Assembly (NCBI GenBank): GCA_015258095.1
Contig: JABZIV010000003.1
Location: 11,021 to 75,020, forward strand
Length of the DNA: 64,000 nt
Source: Lachnospiraceae bacterium
GTDB taxonomy: Bacteria; Bacillota; Clostridia; Lachnospirales; Lachnospiraceae
Reading direction: 5' to 3'
Shown: piece by piece, positions 11,505-21,148 of the stretch
How positions within the stretch are numbered: the stretch's first letter is position 1
How the letters are laid out: every line of letters starts with the position of its first letter
Program-made: the position numbers and the translations under genes
Notes under the pieces: model-generated
Told to the model about the DNA's origin: nothing
What the model saw: only the letters and a program-made list of their open reading frames with translations
Databases searched by the model: none

Positions 11505-12755
11505 TTACAATTCTTCCGCTTCTACCTTTTCTTTTCCTCCCTCTGTATGAAAGTGTTCAAAATCTTCATAAGATGCGGAGGAAAGCGGTAATCCTTTCTT
11601 CCGCAATCGTTCGTCCGTATATCTTCTAAGACTATGCAAAATCACTGCCCAGAGCGGCACACCGATAATCATTCCCACAAAACCGAACAATCCGCCGAAA
11701 AGCAGGATGGAAAAAAGTACCCAAAAGCTGGAAAGTCCCGTGGAATCCCCCAAAACCTTGGGACCGATAATATTTCCATCTATCTGCTGGATAATCAAAA
11801 TCGTAACGGCAAAATACAAACTTTGTATGGGGCTGGTCAGTAGAATCAGCAAAAAACAGGGAATCGCACCGATAAAAGGACCAAAGAACGGAATCACATT
11901 GGTTACTCCGACGATGACGGATACCAGAAGAGTATAGGGCATCTTCATCACACTCAGTACAAAGAAGGTCAATACCCCGATAATCGCACTGTCAATAATT
12001 TTCCCTAAGATAAAACCGCCAAAAACATGGTGTACGTATTGTAGTTCTTCAATAATTCTCTTCGCTTTTTTCTCTGAAAAAAGGGCAAAAAGAAGCTTTC
12101 TGAACTGTCTTCTCAACAGATCTTTCATATTGAGAAGATATACCATCACAATCAGACCAATCAGAATATTTTTGATTGCGGTGACCGTACTCCATATTCC
12201 ATTGGTGAAGACGGTGGCAATACTCTGTAAATGGGTGAAAATCGTCTGCGTACTCTCCGGCTTTCCGGTAAAAAAGCGGCTCACGTCATCATAAACATTT
12301 TCCACATAAGGTCTTGCTTCCGGGAAACGTTCCAGTAAAATCATCACATTGTTATAGGAGCGATTGATGGTATCCGGAAGACTGTTATACAAACTCATAA
12401 CGGACTTACTTAACTCCGGAATCAGCATCGAAACCAAACCGCTTACCAGGAACGACAAAAAAAGTAAACTTGCCACCGTGCCGGAAATCGCCAGAATCCG
12501 ACGATGCGCTTTCCTCTTGAAAAGAGAAAGAGAAACCCGACTGCACCAGTTCACCACGGTATTGTAGACCGGGCTCATGAGATAAGCCAAAACCGCACCA
12601 TAGATAATCGGCGTCAAAATCTGTACAAAAAATCCCAGAAAATTGGTCACAAAATAAAAGCGACTCGCCAGCACATAAACAAGAGTCACTAACGCCAGAA
12701 CCGAAAAGGCAGTCAGCCCCCACTTGATCTGTTCCTTCCACTCTTCTTTCTTCAT
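11505..12755 (-). CDS. AI-2E family transporter (PerM/YhhT-like)
   Basis: 416 aa, ~8 TM helices, family-typical length and pattern. Confidence 0.75.
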   Translation of the reverse strand: MKKEEWKEQIKWGLTAFSVLALVTLVYVLASRFYFVTNFLGFFVQILTPIIYGAVLAYLMSPVYNTVVNWCSRVSLSLFKRKAHRRILAISGTVASLLFLSFLVSGLVSMLIPELSKSVMSLYNSLPDTINRSYNNVMILLERFPEARPYVENVYDDVSRFFTGKPESTQTIFTHLQSIATVFTNGIWSTVTAIKNILIGLIVMVYLLNMKDLLRRQFRKLLFALFSEKKAKRIIEELQYVHHVFGGFILGKIIDSAIIGVLTFFVLSVMKMPYTLLVSVIVGVTNVIPFFGPFIGAIPCFLLILLTSPIQSLYFAVTILIIQQIDGNIIGPKVLGDSTGLSSFWVLFSILLFGGLFGFVGMIIGVPLWAVILHSLRRYTDERLRKKGLPLSSASYEDFEHFHTEGGKEKVEAEEL

Positions 12756-12862
12756 CTTCTATCCCTCTACCCCGAGTCTCCCATACGACTCTTGTCTTCT
12801 CCTCTTTCTTCCCGAAATATCTCTTTCGGAAAGTCCGCGCTTCTTGAAGAACAGTTCCTTTA

Positions 12863-12894
12863 ACAAAAAAGCTTCACATCATTCGACATGAAGC
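12863..12894 (-). terminator. intrinsic terminator (minus strand) ~115 nt upstream of the AI-2E transporter start
   Basis: Minus-strand hairpin GCUUCAU-GUCGAAUGA-UGUGAAGC followed by UUUUUUG (plus strand 12871-12894 preceded by AAAAAA at 12865-12870). Confidence 0.55.
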
Positions 12895-13133
12895 AGAATA
12901 ACAAAATCAACTTACCAAAACGCCGTACCACACGTTTGACTCCTAGCATTAAGCCAGGTGGGTAACCTCACGGATACCTCAAGGATCCTTAACCGCGGAC
13001 GGAAGGCATGCTATCTTTATCACAAATATTGGGAACCCGTATGTCATATTTGTAGGTTCAAATTGTGTGGACACGAACGCCCCAGTAAGTACGAAACGCA
13101 AGAAAAGAACGTCAGAATACTACACTTTCCTGC

Positions 13134-13162
13134 ATTATAGCAAAGCCAATTTAGGCTTGCAA
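13134..13162 (-). promoter_or_regulatory. sigma-A-like promoter TTGCAA-17-TATAAT on the minus strand, overlapping the 3' end of the thiamine diphosphokinase gene
   Basis: -10 TATAAT is the reverse complement of 13134-13139. -35 TTGCAA is at 13157-13162, with 17-nt spacing. Confidence 0.5.
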
Positions 13163-13972
13163 GGGGGCATAAGATAAAATCAGAATCCCGTTTTTTACAG
13201 ACACTTCCGCCTCTTCTCCTATAAACTCATTACTGACTCCGATCGGATTCGTACTTTGCAATTCCACATTGTTTATTCGATATAGAAGTCCTCTCTCCGA
13301 TACACCACAAGAAAGATCCGTGAAAGAAAAGACGGACAAATACCCGCGATACTCCTTTGTGAAAACTTTCTTTCCATTCCTTAAAGCTGTAAACAGCTGA
13401 TTCTTTCCATAGAGATAGCCCTCCGCCCCCTCTTCCGCCAAAAAAGCCAGGCTTTGCAAGGCAGCATAACTGTGGTCTATTCTTTCTCCTCCGAGAGCCG
13501 CCAGAATATGCACTTCACGGATACCTTTCGATAAGACAAGTTTCAATGCCGCCTGAAGGTCGGTATCATTTTTTACATGAGGTAGACGATAAAGCGGAAT
13601 GGAGGAACTCTTCCCCGCTACGTCCCCTTCCCTCTCCGCCTTCTCTATGAATCTTTCTCTCTCTCCTACTGTTTTCTTATCAAAAATAGAATACGACGTG
13701 CTTTCTTTCGCATTCAGAAAAGACGCATTTTTTCCGTTTTCTCTCCTTTCTCCGCTTTCTCCTTTTTCTTGATTTTCTTTCCCGTAAGAATCCATATCTC
13801 CTATGAGGAGATTCGGCGTAATCTGCAACGCTTCATAGTAGTGCATTCCACCGTCGATTGCCACAAGAAAATCTTCTTCTGTAAGAGAAAAAGGAAGCCC
13901 GTAAAAGCTTCCTGCCGCAATCAATACTGCACGTTTATACCTATCCTTCTCCCTTTCCCCGAATTCTTCCAT
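13151..13972 (-). CDS. thiN: thiamine diphosphokinase with a ~70-aa low-complexity charged insertion
   Basis: A GDMDS motif and a later YRLPHVKNDTDLQAALKL segment match thiamine pyrophosphokinase. An E/K/R/S-rich insert separates them. RBS GGAGGACTGCCT precedes the ATG. Confidence 0.65.
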   Translation of the reverse strand: MEEFGEREKDRYKRAVLIAAGSFYGLPFSLTEEDFLVAIDGGMHYYEALQITPNLLIGDMDSYGKENQEKGESGERRENGKNASFLNAKESTSYSIFDKKTVGERERFIEKAEREGDVAGKSSSIPLYRLPHVKNDTDLQAALKLVLSKGIREVHILAALGGERIDHSYAALQSLAFLAEEGAEGYLYGKNQLFTALRNGKKVFTKEYRGYLSVFSFTDLSCGVSERGLLYRINNVELQSTNPIGVSNEFIGEEAEVSVKNGILILSYAPLQA

Positions 13973-14050
13973 AGGCAGTCCTCCAGTCCATTTTTTCCCT
14001 CTTCCTGCTCAAAGCTTCTCTACAAAAAATTTAAGAATTCACTATCTTCT

Positions 14051-14563
14051 CTATTTTTTACGCAGCTGTAAAAAGAAATCCTGTAAAAGCTTCCTGGCTT
14101 CTTCCGCTTTTACCCCTTCCTCAATCGACACACGGTGATTCAGTTCTTTCATCTGTAAAATATTTTGCACCGATCCGCAGAAACCGGCCTTCGGATTACG
14201 AACTGCCATAGAAAGACGGGGAATACGAGCCTGTAAGATTGCACCGGCACACATGGGACAAGGTTCCAGATTGACATAAAGAGTGCAATCCTCCAGTCTC
14301 CAGTCTCCTATCTTCTTGCAAGCCTCTTCTATAGCAAAAATTTCTGCATGATAGAGTGCGTTCTTCTTTGCATTCCGTTGATTCCAGCCTCTTCCAAGTA
14401 TCGTCCCCGGTAAAATGTCCATCTCCCTGCAAAGTTTTCCCATCGGAGAGACAGGAACTGTCCCATCATAAACCAGGACAGCTCCAATCGGAACATCTCT
14501 CTCTTCATAAGCCTTCCTTGCAAGCCGAAGCACTTCCTCCATATAACAGTCGCTTTCTCCCAT
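14051..14563 (-). CDS. tadA: tRNA adenosine(34) deaminase
   Basis: HAE...PCPMCAGAI cytidine/adenosine deaminase zinc motif, 170 aa. Confidence 0.85.
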   Translation of the reverse strand: MGESDCYMEEVLRLARKAYEERDVPIGAVLVYDGTVPVSPMGKLCREMDILPGTILGRGWNQRNAKKNALYHAEIFAIEEACKKIGDWRLEDCTLYVNLEPCPMCAGAILQARIPRLSMAVRNPKAGFCGSVQNILQMKELNHRVSIEEGVKAEEARKLLQDFFLQLRKK

Positions 14564-14569
14564 AAACTT

Positions 14570-15772
14570 CTACTCTTTTTCTATCTCCGATAAAATCGAC
14601 TTTCCAATCAGTCCTTTCGGCATTGCAACGGAAAAATTTTCTGCAATACTTGCCCCTATCACGGAAAAACTGTCCTGTTCCTCTCCTTCTCCGCCATGAA
14701 TCCCCTTATAGTATGCCAAAAGGGGAACCTGTTCCCTGGTATGATCGGTACCCGTATAGGTCGGGTCATTCCCATGATCTGCCGTTAGGAGCAGAAGATC
14801 CCCTTCCTTTAAAACAGAAAGCAGTTCTCCGAGCTTTCGGTCAAACCGTTCAATTTCTTCTCCATATCCGACCGGATTTCTTCTATGTCCGTAGACGGCA
14901 TCAAAATCAACCAGATTCACAAAGCAAAGTCCGGTAAAATCCTTATTTTTTGCAAGCTCTATACACTGCTCCATCCCGTGAACCGAAGAGTTGGAATGTT
15001 CTGCTTCCGTGATTCCTTCATTCACGAAAATATCCGCAATTTTCCCAATGGAAATCACGGTATATCCGGCATCCTGCAAAGCGTTCAGCACCGTATCCTG
15101 TGGAGGCTTTACGGCAAGATCGTGCCGATTGGCGGTACGTTTAAACTCTCCTTTTTTCGTTCCGACATAAGGTCTGGCAATTACCCTTCCCACCTTCCAC
15201 GCAGGCTTCATGCAGATTTCTCTTGCAATTTCACAGCAGCGGTAGAGCTCCTGTAAGCCAAAAATCTTCTCATCCTCCGGTGCGGCAATCTGGAGAACCG
15301 AGTCCGCGGAAGTATAGACAATCATCGCTCCGCTTCGGATCTGTTCTTCGCCGAGTTCATCCAATATCGCGGTTCCCGACGCGGACTTATTTCCGATAAC
15401 TTTATGTCCCGTTCTCTCCTCCAGCTCTTGAATAAGTTCTTTCGGAAAACCGGTATCCGTAAACGTTACAAAGGGAACTTCGGTCTTGATTCCCATCATC
15501 TCCCAATGTCCGGTCATCGTATCTTTCCCGTTACTCGCTTCATTCAGACGAAAAAACTTTCCGCTCGGTTCGGAAACGGCGTTCACGCCTTTCAACTTTT
15601 TTAAATTTCCAACTCCCATCTTTTGGAGATGGGGGATGGAAAAATCTTCCATCTTTTCTGCGATATGCCCGAAAGTATCCGCTCCGCTGTCACCAAAGCG
15701 TGCTGCATCCTTGCCATTTCCGATTCCCAGGGAATCCAGAACAATTAAAAATACTCTTTTGAATTTCATCAT
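14570..15772 (-). CDS. deoB: phosphopentomutase
   Basis: 400 aa, N-terminus [18 protein letters not shown], alkaline-phosphatase-like metal site residues. Confidence 0.9.
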   Translation of the reverse strand: MMKFKRVFLIVLDSLGIGNGKDAARFGDSGADTFGHIAEKMEDFSIPHLQKMGVGNLKKLKGVNAVSEPSGKFFRLNEASNGKDTMTGHWEMMGIKTEVPFVTFTDTGFPKELIQELEERTGHKVIGNKSASGTAILDELGEEQIRSGAMIVYTSADSVLQIAAPEDEKIFGLQELYRCCEIAREICMKPAWKVGRVIARPYVGTKKGEFKRTANRHDLAVKPPQDTVLNALQDAGYTVISIGKIADIFVNEGITEAEHSNSSVHGMEQCIELAKNKDFTGLCFVNLVDFDAVYGHRRNPVGYGEEIERFDRKLGELLSVLKEGDLLLLTADHGNDPTYTGTDHTREQVPLLAYYKGIHGGEGEEQDSFSVIGASIAENFSVAMPKGLIGKSILSEIEKE

Positions 15773-15807
15773 CGCCCTCTCTTTACTCTCTATCTATCTA
15801 AAGCTGC

Positions 15808-16581
15808 TCATTCCCGCTCTTTTCGGATCATCTCCCGAATGGCTTCCACGGCAACCTGAATCGCCCTATCCGTTTCATGATAAATCGGATTGGACATTCC
15901 CGCCTTTACTCTTTCCTGATTGGAAACAACAGAAAGAACCGTACCGACTTTCTTCTTCAAGAATGCCGCTACCGTAAAAAGCGCCGCACTTTCCATCTCC
16001 GATGCTTTGCATCCCAGTTTCAGCCATGCCTGCCACTTCTCTAAAAGTTCATAGGAAACGGGCAGTTCCTCCGGTTTATGCTGTCCGTAAAAAGCGTCCT
16101 TGCACTGTACAACACCCACGTGTTTTCTAAAGCCCAGACGTTCTGCCGCATCAAAAAGTTCTCTCGTTACAAAAAAATCGGCAGTGGCAGGCCATTCAAT
16201 CGGGGCATATTCCTTGGATGTACCTTCCATACGAACAGCAGATTCGGCGATAACCAGATCTCCGGACTCCACAGAAAGATCCATCCCTCCCGCAGTGCCC
16301 ACACGAATGAACACTTCCGCACCGCATTTTGTGAGTTCTTCCATCGCAATGGAAGCCGACGGTCCTCCTATTCCCGTAGAGCACACACTGACTTTCTCTC
16401 CCGATATTGTCCCTGTGATTGTCACATACTCTCTTCTGTCTGCAATCTCCACCGGATTCTCAAAATATTTCGCAATCTTCGCACAGCGTTTGGGATCTCC
16501 CGGAAGAAGTACATACCTTCCCACCTCTCCCGGTCGTACACCGATATGATAGCAACGATCATCTTCAGAATAATTGATCAT
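15808..16581 (-). CDS. udp: uridine phosphorylase (PNP/UDP family 1)
   Basis: YHIGV...LLPGDPKR...[18 protein letters not shown] aligns closely with Udp rather than DeoD. Confidence 0.75.
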   Translation of the reverse strand: MINYSEDDRCYHIGVRPGEVGRYVLLPGDPKRCAKIAKYFENPVEIADRREYVTITGTISGEKVSVCSTGIGGPSASIAMEELTKCGAEVFIRVGTAGGMDLSVESGDLVIAESAVRMEGTSKEYAPIEWPATADFFVTRELFDAAERLGFRKHVGVVQCKDAFYGQHKPEELPVSYELLEKWQAWLKLGCKASEMESAALFTVAAFLKKKVGTVLSVVSNQERVKAGMSNPIYHETDRAIQVAVEAIREMIRKERE

Positions 16582-16653
16582 TCCATACTCCTTCCGGATA
16601 AACCCGTCTATTCCAAGCCTATCCTTTTCTGCCTATTTTTTTCAAAGTACCTT

Positions 16654-17358
16654 TTATTCGGCAAAGGACAAGGCAATCTCCATCATATCGGAGAATCCCG
16701 TCTGTCTTTCATCTGCCGAAAGTTCCGTGCCTTTCACAATATGGTCCGAAATGGAAAGAATGGCAAGCGCTTTTTTCTTCAGCTTAGCCGCATTCATATA
16801 CAGTGCAGCCGCTTCCATTTCCACACAAAGCACTCCCATGTCCGCCCACTTCTTCGCCGCATCCGGATAAGCATTGTAAAAGATGTCGGATGACACGACA
16901 TTCCCCACCGTAAAGCGGATGCCTCTGGAGCGGGCTTCTTTAACCGCTTTCTCCAGAAGGGAAAAATCGGCAATGGGAGCGAAAGTCCCGGGAAGGGCAT
17001 ACTGATAAGCAAAACGGGAATCCGTGCAGGCTGCCTGGGCAAAAACAATCTCTTTCAGATTGATATTCTCCTGCAAGGCTCCGGCAGAACCGATACGAAT
17101 AATGGTATCCACATCATAAAATTGATACAGTTCATAGGAATAGATGCCGATGGACGGCATCCCCATGCCTCCCCCCATAACGGAGATTTCTTTTCCCTGT
17201 ATCTTACCGGTAAAGCCAAGCATGTTTCGGACAGAATTAAAACAATGCACATCCGACAGATATGTTTCCGCAATATACTTCGCACGAAGCGGATCCCCCG
17301 GCATCAGGACGGTCTTTGCAATCTCTCCCTTTTCCGCTTTATTATGTGGTGTACTCAT
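16654..17358 (-). CDS. deoD: purine nucleoside phosphorylase DeoD-type
   Basis: MSTPHNKAEKGEIAKTVLMPGDPLRAKYIAETYL matches the DeoD N-terminus. Confidence 0.9.
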   Translation of the reverse strand: MSTPHNKAEKGEIAKTVLMPGDPLRAKYIAETYLSDVHCFNSVRNMLGFTGKIQGKEISVMGGGMGMPSIGIYSYELYQFYDVDTIIRIGSAGALQENINLKEIVFAQAACTDSRFAYQYALPGTFAPIADFSLLEKAVKEARSRGIRFTVGNVVSSDIFYNAYPDAAKKWADMGVLCVEMEAAALYMNAAKLKKKALAILSISDHIVKGTELSADERQTGFSDMMEIALSFAE

Positions 17359-17547
17359 ACATCCTCCTCTTTCTTTCCATTCCTTCTTTTTCCCTATTCT
17401 GCGCTTTCAGAGCGGCGGAACAAGTACAGAATAGAACAGAAAGAGAAAAATGTCTACGTCCCAGCCCTCCCCTTTTTCTACAAAAAAATAACGAGCAAAG
17501 CTGAATCTCAGGTTTCACTCGGTATCGTCTTCTCTCTATTTTATTCG

Positions 17548-17637
17548 TGCGGATGACAGGACTTGAACCTGCACGGTCGCCCACCAGAACCTAAATCTGG
17601 CGCGTCTGCCAATTCCGCCACATCCGCAAAATCCCTT
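17548..17637 (-). tRNA. tRNA-Leu (anticodon TAG)
   Basis: Manual cloverleaf: acceptor stem GCGGATG/CATCCGC, anticodon loop TTTAGGT, long variable arm, T-loop GTTCAAGTC. Confidence 0.8.
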
Positions 17638-17650
17638 ATAAAAAAAGGAA

Positions 17651-17723
17651 TGAGACACGCGGGAATCGAACCCGCGACAACTTGATTAAAAGTCAAGTGC
17701 TCTACCGACTGAGCTAGTGTCTC
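17651..17723 (-). tRNA. tRNA-Lys (anticodon TTT)
   Basis: Acceptor stem GAGACAC/GTGTCTC, D-arm AGCTCAGTCGGTAGAGC, anticodon loop CTTTTAA, T-loop GGTTCGATTCC. Confidence 0.8.
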
Positions 17724-17727
17724 ATAA

Positions 17728-17799
17728 CAGGGCCAGTTGGATTCGAACCAACGACTGCAGGCGTCAAAGGCCTGTGCCTTACCGCTTGGCGATGGCCCT
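17728..17799 (-). tRNA. tRNA-Gln (anticodon TTG)
   Basis: Acceptor stem AGGGCCA/TGGCCCT, D-arm TCGCCAAGCGGTAAGGCA, anticodon loop CTTTGAC, T-loop GGTTCGAATCC. Confidence 0.8.
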
Positions 17800-17869
17800 A
17801 GGTCACACGAGTGAACGCACTGCGTTTCCCGTAAAGCGAGAATCAGGAAATAACCCTCTACATAAAAAG

Positions 17870-17944
17870 GGTGGCCACCGGGAGTCGAACCCGGGACCTC
17901 CAGAACCACAATCTGGCGCGATAACCAACTACGCTATGGCCACC
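17870..17944 (-). tRNA. tRNA-His (anticodon GTG) with encoded G-1
   Basis: G-1 plus acceptor stem GTGGCCA/TGGCCAC, anticodon loop TTGTGGT, T-loop GGTTCGACTCC. Confidence 0.8.
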
Positions 17945-18030
17945 ATGCTATTCTCGCAAGCGAAGAGTTCCTAGCCGTAACTCCCGCTTTAAACAAGAAG
18001 CCACACTTCGTTGTGTACCACTTGTTAAAA

Positions 18031-18104
<74 letters not shown>

Positions 18105-18130
18105 AAATTCGCAATATCTGCGACTCGTTT

Positions 18131-18159
18131 ATAGTAGCGAATTTTAATTTGTTTGTCAA
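18131..18159 (-). promoter_or_regulatory. candidate promoter of the tRNA operon (TTGACA-17-TACTAT, minus strand)
   Basis: -35 is the reverse complement of 18154-18159. -10 is the reverse complement of 18131-18136. It sits ~25 nt upstream of the tRNA-Arg 5' end. Confidence 0.45.
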
Positions 18160-18199
18160 GAATTTTCCATTTGAATTTTTCAGAAACCCGCTTCCTGCA

Positions 18200-19390
18200 T
18201 TACCCGAAATATTTGATTTCGGAACGCAGATTTCCCTTCTTATCCAGATAAAACAACCCATAGCTCGGTCTTCTATCTTCCTGCCTCGGATACGCAATCG
18301 AACCGGGATTAAAGCAATGCACTCCGTTTACCACCCTGGAACAGGGCTTATGCGTGTGCCCGAAAATCGCCATGGAACAATTTCTGTCTCGCGCTTCCTC
18401 CGCGAGTCTCTGTAAATCCATGTTCACGCTGTAGAGGTGTCCGTGTGCAAGAAAGAGCTTCTCTTTTCCGAGTCGCAGCTCAGCTTCTTTCGGTAAATAA
18501 GCAAAGAAGTCATTATTTCCCTGGACAAAATAACTTTCGCAGCCCTTCGGAAGGTGCGCGCGAATCTCTTCCTCCGTTCCTTCGCTGTCCCCAAGATGAA
18601 GAAAAAAAGCAATATCCGGATTACTATCGATTACTTTAAACAAGGCATCCAGTTTTCTGTGATTATCCGAAACGACAAGGATTTTCTTCTCCTGCTGCGC
18701 TGCAACTACATCTTCCTTTTTTTTTTCGCTTCCTTCCGCCTTTTTCTCCCCCTGCTCTTCCGGACTGTCCTGAAAAAGCAATTTCTCCCGCAAAAGGCGC
18801 ATCATTTTCCGAAGAGCCTTCCCTCTGTGAGAAATGCTGTTCTTCTCTTCCCGAGAGAGCTCCGCCGCCGTTTTTCCGAAGTCGGGAATAAAGAAAATCG
18901 GATCATAGCCGAAGCCTTCCAATCCTTTCTCCTCTTTCGCAATCTCTCCCTCACACTTCGCTTCCGTCTTAAAAATCTGTCCGTCATAAAAAACAGCCAC
19001 AATGGCACAGGTATAGAAGGCATAGCGGCTCTTATTTGTCGCCTCTTCCAGCATGGAGAGAATCTTCTTGTTCTTCTCCGGATAGGCTGTATTCTCTCCC
19101 AAAAAGCGCGCAGAATAAATTCCCGGACCGTAAGACAGGGCTTCTATCGAAAGCCCCGAGTCGTCCGCCATGACAATATCCCCTTTTTGCAGTATGCCTT
19201 TCTTTCGTAAGGCATTGTATAAGGCGCGTGCCTTAATTTCCGCATTTTCCGAAAAAGAGCTGCCGTTTTCAATGACATCCTCTTCTTCTCCGGCTTCTTT
19301 CTTGCTTTTAATCTCTCCGGGAAAATCGCACAAAATTTCTCTCACTTCCCGGAGCTTATCTTCATTATGCGTTGCAAAAAAAATCCGCAT
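18200..19390 (-). CDS. rdgB: fusion protein: N-terminal dITP/XTP pyrophosphatase (RdgB/Ham1) + C-terminal YfcE/MJ0936-type metallophosphoesterase
   Basis: Residues 1-200 show Ham1 motifs (FATHNEDKLREV, GFGYDPIFFIP, SHRGKALRK). Residues ~230-396 show calcineurin-like phosphoesterase motifs (ILVVSDNH, GDSEG, GNND, GHTH). Confidence 0.8.
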   Translation of the reverse strand: MRIFFATHNEDKLREVREILCDFPGEIKSKKEAGEEEDVIENGSSFSENAEIKARALYNALRKKGILQKGDIVMADDSGLSIEALSYGPGIYSARFLGENTAYPEKNKKILSMLEEATNKSRYAFYTCAIVAVFYDGQIFKTEAKCEGEIAKEEKGLEGFGYDPIFFIPDFGKTAAELSREEKNSISHRGKALRKMMRLLREKLLFQDSPEEQGEKKAEGSEKKKEDVVAAQQEKKILVVSDNHRKLDALFKVIDSNPDIAFFLHLGDSEGTEEEIRAHLPKGCESYFVQGNNDFFAYLPKEAELRLGKEKLFLAHGHLYSVNMDLQRLAEEARDRNCSMAIFGHTHKPCSRVVNGVHCFNPGSIAYPRQEDRRPSYGLFYLDKKGNLRSEIKYFG

Positions 19391-19396
19391 GGTATC

Positions 19397-20551
19397 CTAC
19401 TTTCCCTTATATTGATAGAGATAGGTCTTCATCATCCCGTTATAGATTTTTCTATTTTTAAAAGACTTCCCCAAATATTTCTCCGCCTGCTCATAGGCGG
19501 TAATCACAAATAGCTGCCAGTCGTTCAGTCCTTCATACGCTTCCCTGAGCTCCGTATACAGCAAAGGCAGATTTCTCTTATCCTCAATCCTTTCCCCATA
19601 AGGCGGATTGGTCATCAGGACACCATGTTTTTTTCCGTGAGACATTTTTGCAATATCCCTTTCCTGAAAATGAATAAGAGAAAGCACACCCGCTCGTTCC
19701 GCATTTTCCCGGCAAACCGGAATCATCGCCGGATCAATGTCATATCCCTGAATATCGACCATTTTCCCGAATCGATTCTCCTTCGTCTCAAGAAGAGGAC
19801 GATCAACCATATCCTCCGCTTCCGTAATTGCCGCGTACCATTCTTTCTTCGGAATGAGATTCTCCCACTCCTCCGCCGTAAAGCTTCGGTCCATTCCCGG
19901 GGCGATATTCGCCGCAATCATCGCGGCCTCAATCGGAAAAGTCCCCGCACCGCACATCGGGTCGACAAAAGGCGCATCTTCCCTCCACTTACTTAATAAA
20001 ATCAGGGCGGCGGCAAGCGTCTCTTTAATCGGCGCTTTACCCATCTTGAGACGATATCCCCGTTTGTGCAGGGACTCTCCACTGCTGTCCAGACAAACAG
20101 TGACCTCATCCTTAAAAAGAGAAACACGGAAAGGATATTTTGCACCGTGTTCTGAAAATGTGTTTACATGGTAAATCCCGGAGAGCCGATCCACCATAGC
20201 CTTCTTCATCACGGACTGAATGTCCCGCGGGGAAAAGAGCTTTGACTTTACAGAACTCGCTTTCGTAACCCAAAACGAAGCATCGACCGGAAGAACCTTT
20301 TCTAAAGGAAGAGCCTTCGTCCCCTGATAGAGATCTTCGTACGACTCCGCATGAAAAGACCCCAGTTTGATAAGAACACGTTCGCCGGTTCGAAGAAAAA
20401 TATTGGCACGGACGATAGCTTCCGCATCCCCGATAAAATGGACTTTCCCATCACTTACCAGGGAAACCTCATATCCAAGGTCGTGAATCTCCTTCTTACA
20501 GACAGACTCCAGACCGAAGTGGCAAGGCACAATTAATTCAAATCTCTGCAT
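19397..20551 (-). CDS. THUMP-domain class I SAM-dependent RNA methyltransferase (RlmL/COG0116-like)
   Basis: 384 aa with an N-terminal THUMP-like region and Rossmann MTase motifs (DPMCGAGTF, NPPYGERI). Confidence 0.75.
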   Translation of the reverse strand: MQRFELIVPCHFGLESVCKKEIHDLGYEVSLVSDGKVHFIGDAEAIVRANIFLRTGERVLIKLGSFHAESYEDLYQGTKALPLEKVLPVDASFWVTKASSVKSKLFSPRDIQSVMKKAMVDRLSGIYHVNTFSEHGAKYPFRVSLFKDEVTVCLDSSGESLHKRGYRLKMGKAPIKETLAAALILLSKWREDAPFVDPMCGAGTFPIEAAMIAANIAPGMDRSFTAEEWENLIPKKEWYAAITEAEDMVDRPLLETKENRFGKMVDIQGYDIDPAMIPVCRENAERAGVLSLIHFQERDIAKMSHGKKHGVLMTNPPYGERIEDKRNLPLLYTELREAYEGLNDWQLFVITAYEQAEKYLGKSFKNRKIYNGMMKTYLYQYKGK

Positions 20552-20560
20552 GGCGCTCCT

Positions 20561-21148
20561 CTACCGTCTTAATATATTGGAAATCAACCATAAAACAGCA
20601 GCTATGGCAAATACCGGAAGAAGGACAGGCGCAAGTACAGACAGAACTCCTCCAACCACCGTGACGATGAGAACAAGAAATAGGAGAACAATCAGGAGCG
20701 CTAAAATACAACCGCCGTTCCCAAAAGAAACAAAGGCCGGGCCGCTTCCTTCCCTTTCCCGCTCCGAGGTCGAAAAACGCGTTTTTCCTTCCTCTCCATA
20801 TTTTTCATACAGCACTTCTTCCGTATCGGAAGCCGTCTCACTTTCGGAACCCGTTCCGCCATACTGCCTGTCTTCCTCATCCGACGCAAAGTTAATATCT
20901 TTCTCCTCGTACCGAAAAGGGGTGGTGCGGGCAACGTGATCCCCTGCCGCATCCGCGGCATCCATGATACTCTGCGCAAGAAGATGCGGTTCGGAAAGAG
21001 AAGAAACAACCTCTTCTTCTCCTTTTCCTTTGGCTACTTCCTCCGTTATATACTCACTATAAAAGTGAAGCTGTTCCAGAATCACCTCATCGGATACATT
21101 GCCCTGCAATTCTCCGCGAAGCGCCTGTAAAAATGTCGTCTTATTCAC
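20561..21148 (-). CDS. DUF1700-family protein with C-terminal TM helices
   Basis: N-terminus MNKTTFLQALRGELQGNVSDEVILEQLHFYSEYI is typical of DUF1700. A hydrophobic C-terminus follows. Confidence 0.55.
   Translation of the reverse strand: MNKTTFLQALRGELQGNVSDEVILEQLHFYSEYITEEVAKGKGEEEVVSSLSEPHLLAQSIMDAADAAGDHVARTTPFRYEEKDINFASDEEDRQYGGTGSESETASDTEEVLYEKYGEEGKTRFSTSEREREGSGPAFVSFGNGGCILALLIVLLFLVLIVTVVGGVLSVLAPVLLPVFAIAAVLWLISNILRR

Noticed and set aside
12829-12845. CGGAAAGTCCGCGCTTC on the plus strand resembles the RNase P RNA CR-I/P4 motif (GGAAAGUCCGGGCUCC)
   Set aside because: It lies outside, and on the opposite strand to, the promoter/terminator-delimited unit. The only possible P4 partner (AACCGCGGACGG at ~12990) is ~160 nt away, far too close for a 330-400 nt RNase P RNA. 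Other conserved RNase P blocks are not evident. The likely explanation is chance similarity within the AI-2E transporter leader.
12925-12945. GTGTGGTACGGCG on the minus-strand transcript resembles the T-box antiterminator sequence GGGUGGNACCGCG
   Set aside because: No complementary A1/A2 helix partners. No Stem-I features or specifier loop. The downstream gene is a transporter, not an aminoacyl-tRNA-related gene.
12985-13005. CGGAAGG motif reminiscent of SRP RNA domain IV
   Set aside because: The flanking bases do not form the GGAA-tetraloop hairpin or the conserved AGCAGC/GCAG asymmetric loops. No Alu-domain features.
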